A DNA stretch of 64,000 nt, taken from Chiloscyllium plagiosum. Its lineage: Eukaryota. The position numbers and the translations under genes were made by a program. The number at the start of each line of letters is the position of its first letter. Within the stretch, counting starts at the first letter, position 1. This document shows positions 23,965-36,410 of this stretch, piece after piece. Under the pieces are notes generated by a model, which had not been told where the DNA came from, ran no database searches, and saw nothing but the letters and a program-made list of their open reading frames with translations. The stretch lies in assembly GCF_004010195.1 (NCBI RefSeq), contig NC_057750.1:17518499-17582498 (forward strand), given 5' to 3'.

Positions 23965-24337
23965 TCCACCTCATCTTCCACCTAGGAACCCTCCAACCAC
24001 AAGGGATGAACTCAGATTTCTCCAGTTTCCTCATTTCCCCTCCCCCCACCTTGTCTCAGTCCCAACCCTCGAACTCAGCCCCACCTTCCTAACCTGCAAT
24101 CTTCTTCCCGACCTCTCCGCCCCCACCCCCACTCCAGCCTATCACCCTCACCTTAACCTCCTTCCACCTATCGCATTTCCAATGTCCCTCCCCCAAGTCC
24201 TTCCTCCCTTCCTTTTATCTTAGTCTGCTGGGCACACTTTCCTCATTCCTGAAGAAGGGCTCATGCCCGAAACGTCGATTCTCCTGCTCCTTGGATGCTG
24301 CCTGACCTGCTGCGCTTTTCCAGCAACACATTTTCAG
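23965..24337 (+). mobile_element. Young Penelope 3' fragment (GIY-YIG end plus pseudo-LTR, family A)
   Basis: HLIFHLGTLQPQGMNSDFSSFLIS; perfect 13-bp TSD CATAGTCCTATCT (23952-23964, 24338-24350). Confidence 0.9.
24245..24280 (+). ncRNA. Minimal type I hammerhead ribozyme motif, family A, intact core
   Basis: AUUC-CUGAAGA(24249-55)-A-GGGC UCAU GCCC-GAAA(24269-72)-CG-UC-GAUU. Confidence 0.8.
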
Positions 24338-24824
24338 CATAGTCCTATCTCTGCCCTGATTAAGACTAGGCAGTGCGGGTGTTGACAGTGTTGCAGCACT
24401 GCTGCCAATTGAGGCCTTCACATGGGCAATTAATGTCCCATTTAAGAGTCTCGCCCCCTCAGCCCGAAATCTGAACCCTTTTGAGGTTGCTTACATGTTC
24501 CTGATGGGAACAAGGAGACCCTCCACAAAAAAAAACTCTCAGTGCCTGCAGAAAGGGACTTGGTGCCATCTTGAAAGCCTCCCCCACTCCCACCACTGCT
24601 GCTGGACGCCCTCCTTCCTCAGTGATCTCTACCCAGTGCCCCCTTGCTGCCATCACATGGGTCCCTCGGCAACCCTGGACCTCAGCTGGGTGCAGTACCA
24701 GCAGCTGCCATCGGCTGCGCTGCTGAGCAATACACAGTTGGCCAGCCTTTGATTAGCGAACAAATTTCATTAAGAGGGCTCCCTGATCCTGCTAAAATCC
24801 AAATCAGCACTTAAAAGAACCAGA

Positions 24825-25122
24825 GAAATCCTTACAGTGTGGAAACAGGCCCATTTGGTCCTTCAAGTCCACACCAACCCACCCAGACCCACTCCCCATA
24901 ACCCTGCATTTCCCATGAGTAATCCACCTAGTCTGCACATCCCCAGACACTGTGGGCAATTTAGCATGATCAATCTACCTAACCTGCACATCTTTGGACT
25001 GTGGGAAGAAACCTGAGCAAACCCGCGCAGGCACAGGGAGAATGCGCAAACTTCGCACAGACAGTCGTCTGAGGCCGGAATCAACCCAGGGTCTCTGGTG
25101 CTGTGAGGCACTGAGCCACCAT
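24825..25122 (-). mobile_element. HE1-like SINE
   Basis: CCTTACAGTGTGGAAACAGGCCC..TGTGGGAAGAAACC..CTGAGCCACC. Confidence 0.85.
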
Positions 25123-25984
25123 GTCATTCAGACAGTGCGCCTGCATTTCTATTATTTATCACCCAACAACATCTATATGCCCACTTCCAGCCTCAGGCAC
25201 ATTGCAAAATACCTCCTACACAGGAAAATGATGCCTGAGCTTGGAATTTCGGAGACAGGTTAGAAAATATTTAATAGTTTAAATATCAAAGAAATGTTAA
25301 GCAGGCATGAGCTACACAACTAAGAGCTGGATATTAAGGACAGGGCTGCTTCATTCCTTGCAAGAGGATTGCTGTGTTTTCTGACAATATGAAGCCCACC
25401 TGGTGCTTGGGTGTACCTTTCTGTAATGACTGAACCCAGGCCTTAGATCTGTGATTCATTTTATCCTACACCCTCAGCGCCACTCTTATCTTCAAAGAGC
25501 ATTAATATGTCAAGGTTACAAAGGCAATAAAATAAATCTCAGAGAGAAATTCATTGCCTGCGATGTATTTTGAATGATGATGAATCCCTTTTGGGGAATT
25601 AGCCACACTAGTTTAATCTCACGGTTTCAGACAATTTTAAAAAACACTCAAATTTGGCTGTCAGCTGGATCTTTTAGAATTGACTCAAATTGTATTTGTT
25701 ATCCTCTGTGTAATCCTGTTTCAGGGAGCCCTGCAGAGAGCATTTTATAAGAGACTGCTTCATATGAAATCCCATGTTAGCGTGGAGAACAATTTAATCA
25801 GTATTGAAATTGTGTGCTGTGTGGTTTTACACGGGACAGTCTGATTTCTGGAGTGAAATTAGTAAAATAGTACACATTGAAAGGCAGATATCGCAGGATT
25901 TGTCCTGTATTATCTCTGACAATCTGTTAGTGGTTTAATACCACTGCTCCTGAAACCGAATGGAATGAAATAAATATATTGCAA

Positions 25985-26500
25985 CTCTCAAATTTTGCAG
26001 ATCATACCAAAATTAGGGGAGTGGTAGACAGAGAGGATGGTATGAATTTTCACTGATGGAATACAAGCCAGAAGAATGGGCAAAGATGGATGAGGTGATG
26101 CCTTTTTGCAGAAGAGATGGGGACTAGGCAGAATTCTAAAGAGTGTGCAGAAACAGAGGGAGCTGGAAGGTGTGTGCGCAGTTTTAAAAGCAGCAGGACA
26201 TACTGACACAATGGTGAGCAAAGCAAGTTGGATCTGGGGCTTCATAAGAAAGAGCAGTGAGTACAAAAGCAGGAGAGTTATGCTGAAGCTTTAGAAAGCT
26301 CAGATCAGGTCTGAACTAGAGTATTTCATCCAGTTCTTGCCATCCTCGTCAGGAAAGATGTGAAAGCTTTGTGTAACCGGTGAGGAGGTTTACCAGAATG
26401 ACTCTATCGCTGGAAGCAATTTGAATGGAAAGGATGGTGGTGTTCTTCCTGAAGTGGAGGAGATTGTGTGGAGATTAGAAAAGGTGTGTAAGATAACATT
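25985..26500 (+). mobile_element. Old CR1 RT fragment
   Basis: AAATTTTGCAGATCATACCAAA (FADDTK-like), KQRELEGV, GFIRKSSEYKSRRVMLKL. Confidence 0.7.
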
Positions 26501-27269
26501 AGACTCAGACAAGGTAGATGAGGATATTCCTTTCCTGATAGCTGCTTGTTTAAGACTTTGAGCATGAGATGCAGAGGGACTTTGAAAAACAATTAGTCTC
26601 TAATTGACCTTAAAATGTGCTCACCCACAGCAACCAGGCTTTGTGTCTTTTTAACACGAATCCAAATCTGCCTGAACATCTGAATTGTGCCCCTGAAGGT
26701 AAAATTCAGTTGCTTTTTAATAAACAACTGGCCTCACAAAAAGCGATGGTGCAGGAGATTTGGTTAACACCAAATCTTTGGTTAACTAAAGATGTTTTGC
26801 ATCACCCCCTTGGCTTCATGCTGATCTCCAACATTTCTCAAATTCTTCAATTTCCTTCTCATTTAACTAAATCTTTTGAAGTGCCTTTTCATTTCACAGA
26901 GCTGCTTCCTTTGCAGTAATGCTGAATAACACTTCCAGTGAACACAGGCAGTTCAAATCCTGTTAGTGATACACATGATGTCTTGAATTAAGGTCAGAGA
27001 TAGACCATTTGGCCCTTCAAGCCTGTTTCGTTTTTCAATAAGATTGGGGTGATCTGATTACACCTCACTGTTTTATTAGAATCGGGTTTTACTGTGATGT
27101 GTACTCAAAGACAGGGTTACAGAAGCACAGTGAAAAGTGTACAATGTCACCATTCACAGGACCATCTTACGTACAAAGGACCTGGGTACAAAACCCTCGG
27201 TAAAAACTGGAAAAGTAAAGAAAAAAATTAAAAATTCAGCATTATGGTTCTTGTCAGTATAAAGTAGTA

Positions 27270-28840
27270 CGGGTCGTACTGCTATAACACAACAGCTGTG
27301 TTCCTCTACAACCTCACGCTATAGAAAATTGCACTATGGAAACCCGCTATAGAAAATCACATTATGGAAAACTGCTATAGAAAATCGCACTATGGAAAAC
27401 CGCTATAGAAAATCGCATTATGGAAAACTGCTATAGAAAATAGCACTATGGAAAACCGCTATAGAAAATCATGCTATGGAAAACCGCTATAGAAAATCAC
27501 ATTATGGAAAACCGCTATAGAAAATCACACTATGGAAAACCGCTATAGAAAATCGCACTATGGAAAACTGCTATAGAAAATCATGCTATGGAAAACTGGT
27601 ATAGAAAATTACGCTATGCCGAAACACTATAGAAAATCACACTATGGAAAACCGCTATAGAAAATTGCACTATGGAAAACCGCTATAGAAAATCGCATTA
27701 TGGAAAACTGCTATAGAAAATCATGCAATGGAAAACTGGTATAGAAAATCACGCTATGCAGAAACACTATAGAAAATCACACTATGGAAAAACGCTATAG
27801 AAAATCGCACTATGGAGAAACACTGTAGAAAATCACACGATGGAAAACCGCTATAGACTATCATGCCATGGAAAACTGGTGTAGAAAATCATACTATAGA
27901 AATCTGCTATAGAAAATACCACTATGGAAAACTGGTATGGAAAATCGCACTATGGAAAACCGCTATAGAAAATCACACTATGGAAAATTGCTATAGAAAA
28001 TCGCACTATGGAAAACCACTATAGAAAATCGCATTATGGAAAACCGCTATAGAAAATCATGCTATAGAAAACTGGTATAGAAAATCACGCTGTGCAGAAA
28101 CACTATAGAAAATCACACGATGGAAAAATGCTATAGACTATCATGCCATGGAAAACTGGTGTAGAAAATCATACTATAGAAATCTGCTATAGAAAATACC
28201 ACTATGGAAAACTGGTATGGAAAATCGCACTATGGAAAACCGCTATAGAAAATTGCATTATGGAAAACTGCTATAGAAAATCATGCTATGGAAAACTGGT
28301 ATAGAAAATCACACTATGCAGAAACACTATAGTAAATCACACTATGGAAAAACGCTATAGAAAATCGCACTATGGAGAAACACTATAGAAAATCACACTA
28401 TGGAAAACCACTATAGACTATCATGCCATGGAAAACTGGTGTAGAAAATTATACTATGGAAAACTGCTATAGAAAATACCACTATGGAAAACTGGTATGG
28501 AAAATTGCACTATGGAAAACCGCTATAGAAAATCACGCTATGGAAAACTGCTACAGAAAATCGCACTATGGAAAACTGGTATGGAAAATCGCACTATGGA
28601 AAACTGGTATGGAAAATCACACTATGGAAAACTGCTATAGAAAATCGCTCTATGGAAAACCGTTCCAGAAAATCGTGCTATGGAAAACCGCTATTGAAAA
28701 TCACGCTGTAGAAGATAACCAATAGTGAATGCTATACCTGTTCAGTAGAAAGTTCACATTATTGAAACGATGACCACAATTCATCAATTGCATTATCACC
28801 ATTCGTGCTGATGACATGTGCTTTATAGCAGAACAACCTG
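27270..28840. mobile_element. Tc1/mariner-pogo (Tigger-like) MITE with internal minisatellite expansion
   Basis: TIRs CGGGTCGTACTGCTATAA (27270-27287) and TTATAGCAGAACAACCTG (28823-28840; reverse complement CAGGTTGTTCTGCTATAA); TA on both sides (27268-69, 28841-42). Confidence 0.8.
27317..28712. repeat. 28-bp minisatellite (CGCTATAGAAAATCGCACTATGGAAAAC)n, about 50 units
   Basis: Period measured 27485 to 27513 and 27541 to 27569; unit is two related 15+13 bp halves. Confidence 0.95.
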
Positions 28841-30409
28841 TAAATAAGAAATAAAGTTCAAAGTTCCAAACCACAGTCCTTTTTTTTTAGCGATGGGCCT
28901 CCATTGCTCCACAGCAGGCTTTCCTATTGAGGGCTCGATCCCTCCTTGCGCTGAGCTCCAACTCTTGACCCCCCTGCTCCCTGCGGTGCCCTCTTGCTGC
29001 AGTCCGCAGTCTGGCCTCACCAGTTGCCTCGCCACCTGCAGCCATAGTCCTGCTCTGGCAGCTCCAGGTGCCCAGCTGGTTCCACAATGCTGCTGTCCAC
29101 CACAGCTCCAGCCGGGCACACCAACCTCCTCGTGGCTGACCACCAAAGCCCCGGCTCTGGGCCCCTAGCCGCTGTCTTTGCCGCCGCTACCTCCATGACT
29201 GAGCTCCCACTAGAAGGTAGTCAGAGAGAAAAAAAAATGAAAAAAAATTCCCTGATAACCTTCCACGTGTTGGCTCATCAAGAATCTATTGATGTCTGCC
29301 TTACCTTCAACTTGTGCCACTTTTTGAGGAAGAGCATTTCAAAGACCCCGAACTTCAATAAGAAAATGATCTTCTCATCGCTGTTTTAAATGGATGACCC
29401 CTTAGTTTTAAACAATGACCTCTAGTTCTAGCCTCTCCCACAAGGGGAAACATCCTCACCAGATATATCCTGTCAGGAACCCTCAGGATCTTTTATGTTT
29501 CAATCAAGTCGCCTCTAAACCCCTGCAAATGGGAATAAAAACAAAATATTGCAGATGCTGGACATCTGAAACAAAAAAGAAAGTGCTGGAGAAACTCAAC
29601 ATTTGTGGGGAGAGAAACAGAGCTTTTCAAGTCCAATATGATTTTTCTTCAGATTTGGCATTTAACATTTGGCATTTTAACTTTTAATTTCTTTGCTGTA
29701 ACTGGTCTGCAATTTCTTGCTTTTTGTTTCTCTTTTTTAATAACAGAGCTCCACTCACTGCTTGCCAACCTAGTGTAGCTCCCTTATTCAGATATTCAAA
29801 CTTGTTCCACTGTTTAATACGTTTAAGGTGATCTCATCCCAGCTTCAACATCCCTTTCCTGCCCACTCCCCCATTACTAATTTAAAATCTGTCTATCTCC
29901 TCAGATTTATTCAGTGTCCCAGTATTTACTGCACCATGAGGTAGTGAATTTCACAGAATCATGACCCTTTTAGATGAGTAATTCTTCCTCATCTTGGTTT
30001 TAGGCTAAAAGGTGGAAGATTTTAAAAAATGACCTCTGTTCTCGATTGTCCCACAAGGTGAAACACCCATCTTTTCATTTGATTTATTGTTGTCACATGT
30101 ACCGAGACACAGTGAAAATGTTTGTTTTGCAAACTTACCAGACAAATCATACCTTATATAAGTACATAAGCGTAATAGAATGCAGAATCTACTTTGTCGA
30201 TCTCCTTTGGTATCTTGTATGCATCTGAACTGGCTCTAATGCACTAACTTCCTTCCTCAAGTCAGAGAACCACAGCTGAATCCTGATATCCTATTGCCAA
30301 TGCCTTGTACAATTGCAGCAACACTTCCCTGTTTTTATACTTTATTCATTCAGCAATAAAAGCCAAAATTCCATTCCCTTTCTTATTACCTGCTGGACAT
30401 GCATACGAG

Positions 30410-30680
30410 ATTTGGCAGGGGACTGAGAGGCGTGGATAGAGTGACTGGAAAAGATGTTCCCACTTGTCAGACAAACTAGCGCCTGACCCTTTAGAACTGA
30501 AATGAAGAATTTCTTCAGCTAGAGAGTGGTGAATCTGTGGAACTCATTGCCTCAGAAGGCTACAGAGGCCGAGTCATTAGGAGTCTTGAAGACAGAGATA
30601 GATAAGTTCTTGATTAGGAAGGGGATCAAGGATTATAGGGAGAGCCAGGAGAATGGGGTTGAGAAACGTATCATCCATGA
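30410..30680 (+). mobile_element. CR1 3' fragment
   Basis: RVVNLWNSLPQKATEAESLGVLKTEIDKFLIRKGIKDY. Confidence 0.85.
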
Positions 30681-30974
30681 TCAAAAATTTTTTATGTTGT
30701 GCAGGGTAGTTCTCTCTCCATTCCCTGTTCTCCCAGCATCTCTTGAGTTTCCTGTACTGCGCAACGCACATCTAGTGTGTGGGTGAATATATCTCAAGTC
30801 CCTGCCAATTCTGTTCTTAAGTAAATGCGAGGATGTGAGAGGTAGCATTTGGCATTTGGTGCACCTGCATCTCTCCTCTCTTTCTTTCTGTTGGCGTATA
30901 ATCTGGACTCTGCTCACCAGTGCTCAGATCAGTTCCTATCTGTCTTTCCCATTTATGTGATGTTAGTGACCCTC

Positions 30975-31728
30975 ATTTCCAATAACCTTAGGTATTGGTC
31001 AGTGCATTGCATACAGGAGTTGGGAGGTCATGTAGCAGCTGTACAGGATATTGGTTAGCCTGTTTTTGTTCAAATCATATCTCCCTGCTTTCAGAAAGCT
31101 GTTGTTAAACTTGAAAGGGTTCAACAAAGATTTACAAGGATGTTGCCATGGATGGAGGGTTGGAGGCATAGGGAGAAGCTGAATAGTCTGGGGCTGTTTT
31201 CCCTGGAACATTGAAGCTGAGGGATGACCTTGTAGAGGTTTATAAAATCATGAAGGGGCACGGATAGGATAAATAGCCCAGGTCTTTTTCCCAGAGTATG
31301 GTAATCCAAAACTAGAGAGCATAGGTTCAGGGTGAGAGGGGAAAGAATTAAAAGAGACTTAAGGAGCAACGTTTTCACACAGAGGGTGGTGTGTGTATGG
31401 AATGAGCTGCCAGAGGAAGTGATGGAGGCTGGTACAATTACAACAATTAAAAGGCATCTGGATGGGTATATGAATGGGAAGGGGTTAGAGAGATATGGGC
31501 CATATGCTGGCAAATGGGACTAGATTAGGTTAGGTTATCAGGTCAGGATCTGGATTAGAGTGGTGCTGGAAAAGCACTGCAGTTCAGGCAGCATCCGAGG
31601 AGCTGGAAAATCGACGTTTTGGGCAAAAGCCCTTCATCAGGAATACAGCTATTCCTAGGATATCAGGTCAGCATGGATGAATTGGACCGAAGGATTTGTT
31701 TCCATGCTGTACAACTTTGCGACTCTAA
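30975..31728 (+). mobile_element. CR1/HER1 3' portion
   Basis: LERVQQRFTRMLP, FTQRVVCVWNELPEEVMEAGTITTIKRHLDGYM, GGACCGAAGGATTTGTTTCCATGCTGT tail. Confidence 0.9.
31547..31655 (-). mobile_element. Short Penelope-derived insertion (family A) with mutated hammerhead (GAAA to AAAA)
   Basis: TSD TAGGWTATCAGGTCAG at 31531-31546 and 31656-31671. Confidence 0.85.
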
Positions 31729-32221
31729 GAAAGAGTTCTGATGAGCCTTTGGTCTGTTGAAGTATCACAGCATCTGCTGCACCATCCCTGAGACATCTTG
31801 GGAGAAATGGCAATCAGTAGATGCATTATACAGAAAGGAAATGCTACTCAAAGTGAAATCTATTCATGTGCTTGCTTTATGCAACTTCCAAACAAGCATG
31901 GGAGTATACCGAATAAAACACACTCTCAGAAAGTGTCCTTCCCTTTAATGACTGGAATGTATTTATTGGAAGCTTTAGAAATGATTAGAAACAATTTGCA
32001 GCTAATTTCCAAGACGCAGTTGTCAGCATAAGCCTACAACACTGTAAAAAAATCACACCACTTCATGCCTCACCATTTCGAGCCCAATGTCTCCACTTAA
32101 GGAGAATAAAACTAAAGCATTATTTCAATAGAAATAAGTTACACAATGCTGTGATCAAGATTGATCTGGGGGCCACTGTACATGAACTCCCAAAACTTAC
32201 TCATTTAGACAGACAGGTGGA

Positions 32222-32503
32222 ATTAGATTAGATTAGATGACTTACAGTGTGGAAACAGGCCCTTCGGCCCAACAAGTCCACACCGACCCGCCGAAGCGTA
32301 ACCCACCCATACCCCTACATTTACCCCTTTACCTAACACTACGGGCAATTTAGCATGGCCAATTCACCTGACTTGCACATCTTTGGAGTGTGGGAGGAAA
32401 CCGGAGCACCCAGAGGAAACCCACGCAGACACGGGGAGAACGTGCAAACTCCACATAGTCAGTCGCCTGAGGCGGGAATTGAACCCGGGTCTCTGGCGCT
32501 GCG
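32222..32503 (-). mobile_element. Young HE1-like SINE
   Basis: (ATTAG)3 tail, CpG-rich body, GGAATTGAACC B box. Confidence 0.93.
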
Positions 32504-32734
32504 AATGTTGGCCTTTGTAATGAAGATAGACTAAAGATAGATCAAAGCAGGGATAAAGCGGCTCCTGAGGTAAGGTGATTGTGTCCCCTTTTCTGTGCCA
32601 GGAGACTTGAGTTCAAGTCCCACTTCCTCCAGAGGTGTATAAGAATATCTCTGAACAGGTTAATTTGAGTATCTATAAAAGTGGGCATATGTTGCTATAA
32701 TTGGTGAGACCAGACCGATATTTACTGCTTATCG

Positions 32735-33075
32735 GGGAGGTGGTGGTACTGTGGTGCTGGTGGACATCACTGGACTGGTACTTCAGAGTCTACATTCATG
32801 TTCCGAGGCAATGGTTCTAATCCGATTTCAGCACTGAGCAATTTTGTCACACAGTCAACAAACTACGATAGATGTTAGTCTAATGATGGCTCATTAGTGT
32901 CCTTAGGAAGGAAATCTGCCATCCTAACCCAACCTGACCTACATGTGACTCCTGACCCACAGCAATGTGGTTGACTCTTAACTGCCCTTTGTAATAGTTC
33001 GGAGAGCCAGTCAAGTTCATGGGTAATTAGGGATGGGCAGTAAATGCTGGTCTTGTCAGTGATGCCCATATCCAA
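32735..33075 (+). mobile_element. LF-SINE-like element
   Basis: GGAAGGAAATCTGCCATCC..CCTACATGTGACTCC..CACAGCAATGTGGTTGACTCTTAACTGCCC..AATTAGGGATGGGCAGTAAATGCTGG. Confidence 0.75.
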
Positions 33076-33859
33076 TCCAAGGGATGAAGGGGTTTGTCTT
33101 GTGAACAGGTTGGGCCCAAGTTCATTGGAGAAGAGATGAATGAGAGGTGATCTTATTAAAACATGTGTGTTTTGGAGGGGGGCTTGGTAGGTACTGAAAA
33201 GACCCCCTTTGTGGAAGGGACACCTCTTTAGAATAAAGAGTCACACTTTAAGACAGGGATGAGGAGGAATTCCTTCTCTCAAAGCCTTGTTTGAAATCCA
33301 CTTCCTCAAAGAGCAGGGGAGGCTGAATGACATGTCAAAGGATAAGTTAAACTGAGGGGGTGAAGGGTCATGAAAGGCAGGTAGGAAAGCAGAGCTGAAA
33401 CCATAATCAAATCAACTTTGAAGTTACTGAAATGGCTTACTTCTGCTCCTGTTTCTTATTTCATGTTGTTCCCTTTCAATATAATGCAGCATTGTCAGGT
33501 TGGCACACACTACCAAGGCATTGATATCCCGATGCCAAGAATGAGTCACTTATTGCTGTTTCCCTCATGTTGGGTCCTTATGTTTAAAATTTTAGAGTTT
33601 AAGATTTTAACATGTCTAAAACAAGACAGTGTAGCCTTAAAATTAGAGCTGGGTTGTAACGGTCTGACATCAGGAAGAATGTCTTCACACAGAAGGCCAT
33701 GAGGGACATGAACGCTCGTCCTCCAAATATATTGAGGCTGGAGCGTCGATGGAAAATTTCAAAACAATGATTGAACAGGCTTTCGCAAGGCAAAGTTATT
33801 AAGGGGAATGGAACTGAGGAAGGTAATTATAGTAATGTTACAGATTTTGAAAATTCTAA

Positions 33860-34225
33860 TGTGGGATGTGGGCACCACTGGCAATGACAGCATTTATTGC
33901 CCATCCATAATTACCCTTGAACTGAGTGGCTTGCTTGACCATTTCAAAGAGCAGTTAAGTGTCCACCACATTGCTGTGGGTCTGGAGTCACATGGCTGAG
34001 GACACCACATTTCCTTCCCTGAAAGACATTAATGGCTCAGATGGGGTTTGATGACAACCCTTAAATGGTTGCCCTGAAAAAAAATTATACATTTTTAAAA
34101 TTACAGATTTTATTGAATTTGTATTTCGCCATCTGCAATGGTTGGCCTTTAAGCTCCTCTTTGCAGAACATTAACCTGGGGCTCTGGAATACCAGGGCAG
34201 TGATATAACCACTGCACCTCCATAT
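33860..34225 (-). mobile_element. LF-SINE-like element
   Basis: CAGCATTTATTGCCCATCC..GCAGTTAAGTGTCCACCACATTGCTGTGGGTCTGGAGTCACATG. Confidence 0.72.
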
Positions 34226-36410
34226 CCTCTCAATTAGACCTGATCTAACTGAATGGGACACAGTGCTCCAGAGTCTGAATGGTCTCTTCTGTTTCTTTCA
34301 TTTTCCTGTGTTTTGTCTGGTTTCTCAGCTACAATGAGGTAACAGAGAAACATCTGTCTGTCTGTTTCCTATTCCTTCCCTTATAATCTTGTCGACCCGA
34401 GTTCCATTAGTCTCAGATTAGAAATCTCCAATCTCCACAGGGAGAGGGTTCCAGGTTTATTTGATCCTTTGGGCGCAGTGATTCTTGATGCCACTATTAA
34501 ACAGCTTGGGTCTAATTTTGACGTTATGCAGCCTCTTCTGAGACCCTCCTGGAGAAAGTTTGAAGACTGGTCACCCATGTAAAGTGCGGCAGGAGGATGT
34601 GGGGGTCACTGAGAATGGAGGGAGTGTGACCAGCTACCCAACATGACAAGTCATTGGGAGACGTTTATTATTATATTGTCATCTTATATCCTGTGTATTA
34701 TCCCGTTATTATTACAATAACATGATGATATGGTCTTTGTCCTTTTGAATGAATCATAGCCTTTTGGCCATTCCTTATCATCGACTGTTTGGTCGTTTCT
34801 GAGATGTGGTTATGGGGACATTTGATCAGAGTGGGGCTTAGAGGGGAAGAGGGATAGGGAAGTGTGTGGGGGTGTAGTGAGGAAATCACTTGGTGGTGGG
34901 GTGTGCGGGAGAGCTGCAGAGGGAATGAACAGGGAAAGGAAGGCTCCGTGGTAGGGACGGAGAAGCCAGCCCCTTTGGCTTTTCCCTGATGAGATAATTG
35001 ACAGCCACGCTGCCACCGGAGAATAGTAAACAGCAGCAGACGCAACCTCCAGCCGGCCTGTGCATTCTAAGCAGCGGGTCGAGGTTGTGAGGCTTCAGGC
35101 TTCTGGCGTCAGAGCTGACGTGCTGATTATGTAGCAGCCTGTGATCCTTGGCCTCTGGTACATCAATAATCTGACAAGGCAGATTCGACTGGAACGCAGG
35201 CAACTCGAAAACAGAAGTAAGAAGCTCCCTTCCACCAGCTCCTGTATGCCGTGCGCAAGCAGGGACAGAGATAAACTTTGAACATGTTAAAATGAGTTGA
35301 CCTTTGGCATCCAGTTGCATTTAGCAGTGAGGCCCCTGAGTCACGTGCGACAGGGCAACACCCTGCTGGTAATCAGCAGCACTGACTGAGGGACAGCTCA
35401 GTCTCTTTTGTGATATGGGAGATGGTACCGGAGAGATTAGCTGCACGGAGGATTTGCATTTTACTCTGAAAGGAAGGAACAAAGAGCAATACAGCACAGG
35501 AACAGGCCCTTCAGCCCTTCTAGCCTTCGCTGATACATTTTGCCCTTCCATACTAAAACTGCCTTCACTTACAGGATCCGTATCCCTCTAAGCCCTTCCT
35601 ATTCACATATTTGTCCAGGTGGTTTTCGAATTGTGTCTGCTTCTATTACCTCCCCCAGCAGCGTGTAGAACTTTGCATCAAAAGGCTGTGAATATGAATG
35701 ATATTTCACTCAGTTAGATCCAAGTCTGATGAAGCATTGAAAAGGCTTTGGATTTTCAACTCTAGGAGGGAGTTTGGTGACTAGGAGATTTTCTGACTCA
35801 TCCTCAGCCTTGCCTGATGGTACTACTTTTATCTGATGGGATGGGCAGGGCCTGCTGTTGGAGACAGAGGTGAAGGTGAAAACCCCATCTTTGTTTGACT
35901 TAACCTGCCAGAGTGACACCACTGGGTCTTCCCCCAGACAGCTGAGATTGCACACATTGGCTGGCAGCCTTGGACTAGACTGGCATGCTCAAGTATTGTG
36001 GCCTCCTCTACTGATTCTGGGGGAAGTGGGCATCCCATGTGTGGACCTCCAAGTCCCTGCCCACACACTGGGGCACCAATTACCGCCAGTGTGCCATGCC
36101 CAAGACAGAGGTCAGTAACAGCGCTGGGCAGCTCAGACTGACCTGCGCTTGACCAGGAGCAACCTTTCAAAGGTAGCACGGGCAGAATGGACACCGATGA
36201 ATTCCAGAGCCGAGTGATGAGTTGTTCCAGGAATGGGCTTATGGTAAGACGGGTCAGAAATTGGATGTGAGTGACAGCGTGGAGGTTGGGTGGGTAGTTA
36301 ATGAGTCAGTAAGATACAGAGAGAGGTCTCGCTAGGCCGCGCAACAGAAATCCCTCAAAAACAAATTTGATGTAGCTTGGACTTCACCAGAAAAAACAGA
36401 TAGAATCCAA

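Larger units (their letters stand above)
27075..29240 (-). mobile_element. Non-autonomous element with a Rex/Babar-like tail and GC-rich body, host of the MITE
   Basis: Minus-strand tail CACTTTTCACTGTG..GTACACATCACAGTAAA resembles 15180-15225; sequence appears to continue across the MITE into GC-rich 28870-29200. Confidence 0.4.

Noticed and set aside
27317..28725. Repetitive ORF 28423-28725 or CRISPR-like array
   Set aside because: Translation of a 28-bp minisatellite (not a multiple of 3) inside a MITE
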